Below are positions 35,401 through 45,721 of a DNA stretch of 47,107 nt, in pieces. How positions within the stretch are numbered: the first letter of the stretch is position 1; the number at the start of each line of letters is the position of its first letter. Under the pieces are notes generated by a model. That model did no database searches. It worked only from the letters and a program-made list of their open reading frames with translations, and had not been told where the DNA came from. The stretch comes from Lenisia limosa (lineage: Eukaryota > Protista > Breviatea): NCBI GenBank assembly GCA_001655205.1, contig LPNZ01006696.1, forward strand, positions 1 through 47,107. Reading direction: 5' to 3'. A program made the position numbers and the translations under genes.

Positions 35401-38400
35401 CGGCCTTGTTGCACTCGGCAAGAGTCGAAATGGACCGAACCCTCCAGTCCCTGACAGACGACCACACTGCCCTCATGAAGACTGCCCAGAGTGAGTTGGC
35501 CGAAGCAAAGCTGGAGGCCTCGCGTCTCACATCGGACTTGTCGACCAAGCAAGCCGAGTGCGACGATAAACAGGCCGCAAGGGACGCTGAAGCCGAGCGG
35601 TTCTCGCTCAAGACTGCTGACCTTGAGAATAGCCTCGGAGGCCTTCGTGACGATGTGCAAGCGGCTCAGCAGCAAACTGCCGCCGAAGTGGCGAAAAGTC
35701 AACGTCTACAGACCGAACTAGATGGTCTGGTGTCGAAGAACGCAGAGTTGACCGCCTTGTCGCTTCAGACTGAGGCGATGCTGGCGGACCAGAGGAAAGC
35801 GGCCTTGCAAACTGAACAGAGCCTTGAACAAGAGGCTTCAGCTGTCAAAGAGGCAAAGGTTGTGGGGGGAGGGGGAGGTAAATCCTTATTCTGACATGCA
35901 TTTCTGACCTTTTAGGATAAAAACGATGCCGCCCTTCAAGCTATTCGCGCGCTCCAGGCCCACCATGAGGCCAGCGAAAAGAGAGTCATCGCGGTCACTA
36001 AGCGGCTGAGAGAAGTGGAAGTCGAGCGCGACAACGCCACGCTGACGGCCTCACAGACCATCAGGGACATCGAAACGATCCAACGGGCCAACGGCGAACT
36101 GCAAGCAGCGGTCCTTGATAAGAAGACCAAATTGGCTGAGATTGAGGAGGAACTTGCTGAAACGTTTGAGGCTCTTGAGAAGGAAAGCGATGTCCGAGTG
36201 CACAACGACATCGTCATTGATAAATATGAGGTATGTCGGGCGTGCCTTGATTTGATATATTATACATTTTGTTGGCATTTTACAGTCTTTTTCGAATATA
36301 AGTGAATTAATTCTCCAGGCCAAGGTCTCCGACCTGAAGGAAATGGTCCAGGAAATGCAGGTTGAAAACGAGGGGCTCGTCGCTGAGCATCAGTCAGTCC
36401 GCCAGGCCTTATCTAGTGAAATTGACCAGCTCAACACCTCCAATGCCGCCCTCTCAATGGACCTTCAGGCTTCAATCGACAACGCGAATTGTCTCAATGA
36501 CAAGCTGTCCACCCTGGAATCCACGCATTCTGCCGCCTTCTCTCAGGTCATTGTTGACGTGTCGCGCCTGGTATGTGGGGTATGTATAACATAACGTGGC
36601 TCGCAAGTCAGGTTCAATTCTCACCCTCTTAGTCGATGCTTGTCATTCCGACGAGCCTTCCATCCGGCTTCTCTGAGTTGCAGACCTTCACAATGGCCCC
36701 ATCTTCCGCCGCCATCCCGTCCATCAAGGAGAAGGCTCTGCAGTGTCTCCAAGCCTGTCAGAACAACATGATGAACCGCGCACGGGTCAAGGCTGACAAC
36801 GACAACAGAGCTGCGTCTGACCGGTCCTCTCTCGTTTCCCAGAACCAGGTACGCGACCATGCCGGTTATCATCCAATAAGTACTTGGCACTGGAAAGTAA
36901 AATATTAATTTTCTTGGATCGAATAACACCAATAATTACCATAAGGCATAGTGACCTTTCAGGCCCTTCAAACGCGGATTGCCGAAATGGGGCGGCAGCT
37001 CGACGCTCTTGCCGAATCAATGGATCTCACCTCAGAGGCGCTGGAGCAGCAAAAGACGAATTCAGTGACCGACAAGTCCCTGATAGGCGAGCTTGAGTCG
37101 CAGCTTGCAGCCAGCCAGGAAAGCAGCAGCCGACTGGCCTCGGATCTGGATGTGCTCCATAAGAAGACCGAAATGCTGCAGTCAATGCACTCATCGAAAA
37201 CGGTCGAGGCTGACTCCGCTGCTGAGGTGGGCTGTCATGTTGCTTGGGGTTGCGGAAGGATGTGGTCCATGAACTGACTGTTACAGAAGTGGACTGAGAT
37301 CCAGGCCCAGCTTGAAGACGAGAAACAAGCACTTTCGCTGGAACTCTCTGAAGCCATCTCCACCAACAGTGAGTGGTGTGAGGCTCTTAACAATATGAAT
37401 TCAATTGTGACGCCTTTTACCCAACAGAGCAACTCGCTTCCCAAGTGGCTGGCCTCACTGAAAAGGTAGCTCAACTCTCCAAAGAAAACGGTATGAATCA
37501 TGGACACTGAATAATGCGGCATGAATGTATGACATATGAGTCCAAGACAACTCAGTTTCCGTGTTTTACTTTGTAGAAGAGAATATGGGAGACTTGTCCA
37601 AGGCAAGAGAGTCTCTCGCCACAACCACATCTGACTTGGTTTGTGCTGAAAAGGACAATGACTACATGAGGGGCCGAGTCGAAGACCTGCAAGCCGAAAC
37701 TCAACAGTGCGCGTTGACATCCTGTTTTTCGTGCTGATCCCCTTTAATGCAGCTTTTTGATGCCCCTTTGGTCTCTTTTTACACTTTAGATTGGAGTCAC
37801 GGCTGCTAACGGCTTCCGAGGAAATGGACGAAAACTGCAAAAACAATGCCGAATTTGTCCGTGTTCTCCAGAACGAAAACTCGGCTCTCACGCAGAAACT
37901 CAAGGAATCTCGCGACGACGTTCTTCGTAGGCTACCTGTGTTTTTTTGGGGTTTTTTTTTTNNNNNNNNNNNNNNNNNNNNNNNNNNNNNNNNNNNNNNN
38001 NNNNNNNNNNNNNNNNNNNNNNNNNNNNNNNNNNNNNNNNNNNGACATGAACCCCAGACCGCACAAATGAGCTGTTGGTCTCGGCAGACACTGTGGAGTC
38101 TGCGTCCTTGAGGGCTAAGAAGCAGGCTCTTGAGATTGAGGACCTTGAAGCCCTGCTCAAATCGGCTTCAGAAGAAGTGGCGTCAACGACTGCCCAACTG
38201 CTCAAGGCCGAGACGGACACCTCTCGGCTATCTTCCGCCCTCTCCGAAGAACGCCAGAGTTCATCCGAGGCAACTGCCTATTGCACTAAACTCGAAGCGG
38301 AACTCCAAGCCGAAGCCAGAAAGACGGCTGACCTCGAAGGCCGAATCCAAAACGGCGAAAAGGAACACTCCGACACCATCAACCTGATGACAAAGAAAGA

Positions 38401-41400
38401 AAAAGAGCTGTCTGAACTTCAAGCTGAGCTGGCTGCTTCGCAAGATGGCGCCAGTTCCCTACGCCAACGTCTCTGCGATCTTGAGGCTGATCATCAGATC
38501 GTTCTCCACCAAAACTCCGGACTCAGGACCCAAGTTGAAGCTTTAGAGGCGGCCATCCAAGATTCTCAAACCCTCATTGACACAGCCATGTCTGAGCTTT
38601 CCTCAGTCAAGGATGATCGTCTAGATCTGACCCGACAACTCTCGGAAGTGGAAGAGATGACGTCTCGACAAATTGAGCAATTACAGGCCCAACTTGACGA
38701 GGCTGTTATCGGCATTTCCGATAAGGAACTCATTGCGACGTCACTCAAAAGGGCGGCGGACACTACATCTAGCCTTCTTAAGGAGAGGGAGGCCGAAATC
38801 GATGACCTGAATCTGAGTCTCGAGGTCAAGGCTCGCGAGTGTGCCGAGCTGCATGGACTGGCTTCCGACCAGAGCCAGCAGATCCGCAACTACGAAGGCC
38901 AACTGTCGGAGGTACACGGCAAACTGACGGACACGGCAGGCGAGCGCGACACATTGCGCGAACTCGAGCCACTGATTCGCAGTGTTCGACAGGACCTTGA
39001 CGACCGCGAGGCTGAGCTCCGGGCTGCCAACGAGGATGCCGTCAGTCTGAGCGACACCATTGCGGCTCAGGCGGTCAAAATAAAAAACCTCGAAACGTCA
39101 CTGTCATGTCGGGGGGCTGAGCTGGAGAGCCATCTCCAGGAAATCCAATCGAGCTACACGCAAATGCTTGAGCTTCAGGCCGAAGTGGCACGGAAGGAAA
39201 AAAGCATCCAGGACCGGCGTGATGAGATTGACACCGCATATGGCGAAGTCAGCAAACGCGAGGCTATCATAGTTGAGAAGGACAAAGCGCTCGCAGCCCG
39301 CAAGGCCGACCTTGCTGCCAAGTTCGAGGAGATCCGCCGACTCAAGCAACAGGGATTGGTGGCCTCAGAAACGCTCCTGAAGCTTGAGTCCGAGCTAAAC
39401 GAAAAGGACTCGGACCGGGCGAGGTTAGAAGACGAGGTCACCAAGCATGAAGCCCAGATCAAGGGTGACGCAAGTCGTCTTGACGACGCGAGAGCCACGG
39501 CCGAGAAGCAGGCTGTCGAGATCGCTCAGATCCAGGCCAAACTCCAAGATGCCAATGTCATGACCTCTTCTCTTCAGGCTAATATTTCCTTGCTTCAGGT
39601 TGGTGGACTTTATAATAACATGCTATCATTCTCTGTTGTTTCATTCCTTGTTTTTTGTTTAACCCCTTTCAGAAGGAGCTTTCAATGGTCAAACAGGCCG
39701 CGGCGGAGAAGCAACAAGCTGCGGAGGCCGATTTGGAGCGAGTCTTAGAAGAGACGGACAAGTCCATTCGCGAGGCGCGTGAGGCGGGATTAGCCCTCGC
39801 GGCCGTGGCTGAAAAGTCCAATGAACGAGTCCAGGCGGCCCAGAATAAGGCAACCGCACTTGCCCAGAAGAGGGAGCAAAACCTTGTCAACGAGCACAAC
39901 GCCCTCCTCAACAAAGAACGGGCGTTGTTGATGAAAAGCCGGGTTGAGCAACAAGAGGAGATGGGCCGACTCAAGGAAGAAATGGAAGGCAACTCAAGCA
40001 TGGCTAAGGCCCAACTCGCTGAAGAAGTACAAAGAAGGTTTGGCTGGTGTTAGATGTTTCTTGGGACGTTTCTATAAAGGTTTCCTGGAAAATGCATAAT
40101 CCTAGTAGATTTTTTCTAATATTCTGTACATACTTCATAGGAACACGATTTGATTTCCCCTATTTGTGCTTTGTCTTTAACCTTGCAGACACGACGTTGA
40201 AAAGACCCTGGACAGTCTGCATGAGCTGAAGGAGGAACTGGAGCACAAGGCCGCTTCTCTGGACTTCAGTCTGACAGAGACCAAACAGGCCCTCGCTCGT
40301 AAGGCAGCCGCCCTCAGCGAACTAGAGGCAACGTCTGCCCAAGTCGAGACCGAACTCCGCTCCAAACTGGCCGACCTCCGAAGCGCTCTGTCTGCCACCC
40401 AGCGGTCGCATGTTGAAGAGATCGAGGACCTCTCTGCTGAGCTCCAGGCTGAAATATCCAACCTCACGGTGGAGCTGTTGTCGTCATCGTTGTCACTCGA
40501 CACTGCCACAAGTGAGTCGTCAAGACTCTCGGCCGCCCTAATGGAGGCCAAGGTCACCATCGAGAGCCTCAACAGTGAAACAAAGAGGACCAAGTCGGCT
40601 CATGCGGCTCTGGAGGACTCCATGGCTGCCTCACGCACCGCCTTTGCCAACACCCAGGCCGGGCTGGAGCACGATTTGGTACTGTGCCGCCGGTCCGCTG
40701 AGAAGGTCTCCGCTGAGCTGACCAACGCCCACGTCAGCATTTCGGCCCTCCAAGAGAAGGAAGAGGCGTCACGTCTGCAGATCACGCGTCTTGAAAGAGC
40801 CAAGAATGACCTTGAAGCTAGCTTGGCGGAAGCAACGTTAGCAGCCGAGACCATGGCCCGCAAGCACGTGACAGAGACCAAGGCTGCTGCAGGCCGGGCT
40901 GAGACGCTGAAAAGCAAGATCGCCTTGCTTGAGGCGCAGACCAAGTCCAAGAGCCAGGCGGCAGGAGAGCTTGTTGACCGCATCCACGCGCTGGAGGAAC
41001 AGCTTGAGGAGGCGCGCGCTCTGTGTCTTGAGAAGGACGAAGAATGCTGCAATAAGGCCAGAGAACTGTTAGAACTGTCGCGTTGTCACAACACGGTTCA
41101 ATCCAGCCTCGACAGTGCTGAAAGCCAAGTTTCATCTCTCGAAATCCAGCTCTCAACCCTGGAATCTCGTCTTTCCGAGGCGGAAGCCGACCTTGCCACC
41201 GCCAACGTCGATGCTGACGTATCCGCAGCCGAAGTCCAAAACCTCAAGGCGAAGGTCAGCCACCTCAAGGCCCAGTGCTCTGACGGACAGGAGAGGATGA
41301 CAGAAATGTCGGAAGCACGTGACACGGCCGCACAGCAGGCATCCGAGGCAATCTTGGCCCTTGAGGAGAAGGTCAACTCCCTTGTAGGCCAAATGGCCGA

Positions 41401-44400
41401 AGACAGAGAAGAAGCCGCACAGGCCGCTACCACTGCCCATCGACAGATTGCGTCTCTCCAAGCCGAAGCGAAAACAACGGCTTCTTCATTGATTGCCGAG
41501 AAGCTGAAGCGCACAACTCTTGAGACGGAAGTGTCAGAACTTAAGACGGAAGCTCAGGAACTGGATCAACTCCGAGCTGCCGGAAACAGACAAATCACTG
41601 CTTTGGAACGTGAAACGACCTCGCTCCAAAGTGACAGAAATGCGTTAAGGGAGGCGGAAGTTGCCCTTCTCGCTCAAATTGAGTCCATGCACAGTGAAAT
41701 TACCCAGGCCGCTGCTGCCGCCCGAGCCTCCAGCAATCAGCTCACCACCCTGCTTGAGGACTCCCAGGACAAGGTTCATGAGCAGGAAAAGACCATTTCC
41801 TGTCAGATCTCGCAGATCGACGCTCTCGGCACCAAGGTTGGCGAAGCAGAGGCGCGCGTTGCCGACGGAGCAGCCCAGCTTGAAGAGACACACCGCCGGG
41901 TGCTCGAGTCCGACACGCGCGTCGCCAATTTGCAGTCTGACAAGTCCCAGCTTCAAGCCGACCTCGCTCAAATTGAGCAGGAAGCCTTGGAAACACAGAC
42001 GTTTGCCAAAACGCTGAGTGCCGAACTGGACTTGTGCCGAACAGACAACACTGTCCAATCCATGTTCCTGAAATCGTCTAATGAGGACCTGGAGTGTACC
42101 AGGCTTCTTCTCTCCAAATCGGAGGCAACAGCCATATCTCTCCAAACCAGCTTGGACCATGCCCACACCGACTTAGCAGCTCTTCGCGCCAAACTCACTG
42201 ATGCTGACGTGGCCCTTCACTCCGCACAATCCGAGGCCAAAATGATGGTGCAGCACGCAGACGACCTCGAGAGCCAGATTGCCCGTCTCGAGTCTGCCAT
42301 CATCGTCAAGGAGACGCAGTTGGCCACTGCAACTCGCAAGACGAACATGATGTCAGATGCTAGTCAAAAGGCTTCGGAGGACATTCAGAAGCTCCAGGAG
42401 ACCGTTACGGTGCTAAATGCTGACGCCAGCGCTAACAGCGCGCAGCACCTTCTGGATGTGGAGCGTCTTACTATTGAGGCCCAAAACTACAAGGTATGGT
42501 TACACTGGGTGTTAGAAAGCTTGATATTCTTGTCCTTTGCAATGACCATTTAGGATGAATTGTCTGCTTTGTATCAGATTCAAAGCCAAAAATCCAGTAC
42601 TTCAATTGAACAACAAACCTCGGCTGCCTCGACCCCGGTGCAAACCCCACAAAAACCGAAGGTATTCTTTCTTTTAAGATTGACATACGGTGATGGAGAG
42701 TGTATCTGTCCTCTCCTATTGTTACTCGTCTTATATCTTAGGCAATGCGCTCTCCTGCCTGCACACCAATCCCGCCTCAGCCCTTCACACCACTTACAAA
42801 GACCCGCCTGACTAACGTTCTTGGAAGCCCACCAAGTACCATGAACCGAGCCATTTCAGGTGATCACTTGTTCTTCTTCCGGAGTAATCGCCCCTTCTTG
42901 AGGGAAATGGCAGTGTTAGCCTAATTGATGTATTTTAGGGTTGGAGAAGAGAGTGGAAGAGGAACGGACACGTTCACTCCGTTTAGAAGCTCTAGCCCGA
43001 AGAGCTGAAGCAACTGCTGAGGTTTGGCTTGGTCTTGTAGCCATTTGACTTCTTAGGAGCTTACAGGGGAGAACAACAGTCTCCGTTTAGAATTGGAAAC
43101 AGTCATGGCTGAAATTGAGCAATCACGCAACGCTGCCTCCACTGCTAATGAACAGAAGAAGGCAATTACGGCTCGCCTGAGGTGGGGTCTGAGCAATAAT
43201 GAAGAGCAAAATCCAGTTTCTAATATATTTAGGGATGCAAATTCACAGAGAGCGCAGGAGATTGAGCAATATTTGAACATTCGACGCAATGCTGAGAAGT
43301 CAGAGAAGGCACTTAAGAAGAAGCTTATTGAAGAGGAAAAGAAAAACGCCTCCTTTAAGGTTGTAGTGGACAAAGGGGCTTTGATCATTGTTTAGGTTGA
43401 AATGTCATCGCTCGTCAAGAAAATGGAGAAGAACCAGGAAATCAACCAGCACATGACAGCCTCAGATCAAGCCTCGCAGCAAGAGGTTTGCACCATATCC
43501 TTGCGACAGTTTTGACTCTCAGATTTTCCGGCTGACAAGAGACCTTGAGTCCCAGGCCCGACTTGCTGAGTCTCTCCAATACCGATACGAGTCTTTCATT
43601 GATCAGGTTAGTGAATTGTTGTATGCTATCAATATCTTGGATAAACGTGATGATTTGGACTGCGTTTACTGCTCTCACCTTTTTTTTTATTACCATTTCC
43701 GCATATGATAGGATATCTTGTAACACATTAGGCAATTGTTGCCGGAAGCCAGGCAGCCGCCGTACCCGGCCCGGACGCTATGGTCCAACTCCCGCCGACG
43801 TCACAGTCAGCCTTACTGTCTTCAGCCCCCACCCCGGTTTCGGTTGGATAGGGGGGGGGGGNNNNNNNNNNNNNNNNNNNNNNNNNNNNNNNNNNNNNNN
43901 NNNNNNNNNNNNNNNNNNNNNNNNNNNNNNNNNNNNNNNNNNNNNGACTGTTGCTAGATATCTGGTATTCCAGTAGCCAAGACTCCCTACACGCCAAGTA
44001 CTTCGGCAGTCCATTTGCCTTCGGAACCGCCCCCAACCAACAGACCAACGTAGGACTTTTGTTAAGAGATCAAGCGCGATTGCTTGGATTTACCCTCCTC
44101 CTTCTGTGGAATTACATATTTCACTCGCTCTCCAGACCAACGTTATCCGTCTTCGAGGCCGCAGCAGCTGAGCGCCGCATAAGCCCCGAGCCTGCTAGCC
44201 CCATTCTTGTATGCATGTGTTGGACTTCTGTGAATAATAGTGCCTGAAATTTAATATCTGAACATTTATATAACGTATTAGGCTGCTGTAGCCCCTCCCA
44301 CTATTGTGGATTGGGCTGAGTTCTATCCCACTTGCATTCATGAGAAAATGCTTAGACCAAATGCAACCATTTTTGTTCAGGTTTGTACCCAGTCTTTCAT

Positions 44401-44673
44401 ACTTCACATTAAGTCTTAGATCAAGGATTGTAATGATAATGAAGACATTGTATTTCTAAGAAAACATAGAATACTTGATTGTAATCTGTATCCCTTTGGA
44501 ATGAGAATGCCCGATTTACATTTCAGGAGCTGTGGGCGCTCTATCATAAAGAAGCTTGGGGTGACCATTGGCGACAAGAGCTTGTTGCTGCCCTTGAAGC
44601 TTCGTGCCCCCAGGAATCTGACTTCCTTCCGGGACTCGCCTCGCCTGCCTCGTCTAGATCTATCTTCACTTAA
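28168..44673 (+). CDS. Giant protein: N-terminal LRRs - short coiled coil - ankyrin repeats - very long coiled coil - small C-terminal domain; many exons (probably one gene)
   Basis: MESAKHRINSVKRQRSTQLTLTDLRVEKLPSEIEEL and IGYLVNLTKLELADNKLTTLPVTL (SHOC2/RSU1-type LRR). Ankyrin motifs GLHLASRHGHVPLLEYLL and DQNGNTALHTAASCGKPAAVKLLISKGAD. Heptad E/L/A/K/Q-rich exons run from 32330 to 43610. Final exons end ...SSRSIFT with TAA at 44671-44673. I found no clear stop/promoter/start break between modules, but five gaps lie inside, so a split cannot be excluded. Confidence 0.65.
30890..31490 (+). other. Ankyrin-repeat module (about 4-5 repeats) of the giant gene
   Basis: SLLAACSAGSVDTVRLLIEGGA, ALFAAVASDHAAVVDVLFSKGADI, GLHLASRHGH and TALHTAASCG. 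Confidence 0.9.
32330..43610 (+). other. Very long coiled-coil region of the giant gene
   Basis: ORFs 35022-35894, 38075-39748 and 40469-42553 plus many small exons, all Pro-poor and E/L/A/S/K/Q-rich with heptad periodicity. Confidence 0.9.
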
Positions 44674-44858
44674 TTCGTTTCTTTCAGGTAACTGTTTCTT
44701 ATGTGTATATTAGTTTTATCTCACCCGTTTCCCTTTTCACTTTGTATACTAGCATTTCACTTTCAATATACCCCCCTTTATTGGTTCTTGGTGAATACAA
44801 GTAGGTGAATAACACTGACATATGATATGCAAAACAAGAACAGTTTTGAGAGAAGACA

Positions 44859-45557
44859 CTACATTCTCAGTCCAACCCTAAAATAAAAAGACAAACCGCT
44901 TTCCCACATACAAAACAAATAAAAAAAAAAATGAAGTCAGTCAGAAAAAAACCTAGTATACAGCACCTTACTCAGAGTCAGTTGAGGAATATTCAGCCCT
45001 ATTGAATAGCTGTTCCCCTCGCCTTATAAGATTGTCTATAAGTGTCAAGGTCTCATCCGACACAAATAGTTTTTTTTTATTTTATTTCCCCCACTTTCAA
45101 GTTTTTGAAGAGAGTGGCCAAATCGCTCGATATCAGTCACCACATCTGAACATGAGAACCAAATCAGGCAAGAAAAAACGGTGACAAGAAGCCAACTTTT
45201 CCCTTGATTTTATGTACAAACAATTTAACTTTTCAAAATATTTATTTCAGCATATTCTATAATTATTAGATTTTTCAGGTTGATAATTGAGCACTTAATT
45301 AAAGATCACCACCTACTCAAAGTTTGACAACTGTCCAAACTGGTCAAGACTAAAGAGAATTAGGTTAGCTCAAAAAGTCACTGAAACACAATTTTAACCA
45401 TAATTTACGTTATTATAACACGGAAAGGTCCATATTAAGTTCATACAACTTGAGAATTCTCACTTTTTCCAATTTCTTCCTCGTTTCCTTGCCTCGCATG
45501 CTTGATTAACTCAGCTTTGAGATATTTTATATCAGTTGCTGCAGCTTCTGCCTCCAT
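44859..45557 (-). CDS. Hidden 5-exon, 86-aa protein resembling a stand-alone TFIIS N-terminal (TND/LW) domain
   Basis: ATG at 45557. Four canonical introns (GTGAG, GTAGG, GTGGG, GTAAG ... AG) with fully consistent phases (1,1,1,2) give MEAEAAATDIKYLKAELIKHARQGNEEEIGKILTSLDSCQTLNVVTDIERFGHSLQKLENNLIRRGEQLFNRAEYSSTDSEVGLRM, ending at TAG 44859-44861. The TND call is by eye. Confidence 0.75.
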
Positions 45558-45596
45558 ATTTAAAGGTCTTCGTTTTTTTGTTTGTTTTCGTTCAGT

Positions 45597-45609
45597 CCTT
45601 TTATATAAA
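45597..45609. promoter_or_regulatory. Palindromic TATA-like element CCTTTTATATAAA between divergent genes
   Basis: Reads TATATAAA on + (toward RABGGTB ATG 45722) and TATATAAAAGG on - (toward microgene ATG 45557). Confidence 0.45.
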
Positions 45610-45721
45610 CGCTAGCGCGATTTTGCGTATTTAGGCCCCTCTTATAATTTTAATTCTCTCAATCTCTCCGTCTTGTCCAAGTCTTGTCTCCCGTCTTTCC
45701 CTCTCTCCTTTTTTAGTTAAG

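Larger units (their letters stand above)
1560..43944. other. Twelve assembly gaps (N runs)
   Basis: 1560-1664, 2895-3037, 5853-5939, 9603-9690, 21324-21421, 22921-22996, 26671-26715, 28811-28887, 29992-30099, 31729-31825, 37962-38043, 43862-43944. Seven sit at or within a few nt of G/C homopolymers, and three follow T runs. Confidence 0.98.

Noticed and set aside
35069-42198. Many 80-180 aa minus-strand and alternate-frame ORFs
   Set aside because: They are shadow ORFs typical of GC-richer coiled-coil exons and have no independent motifs.
1243-43976. ORFs containing X runs or poly-K/F/G/P next to gaps
   Set aside because: They are artefacts of translating through N gaps and intronic homopolymers.
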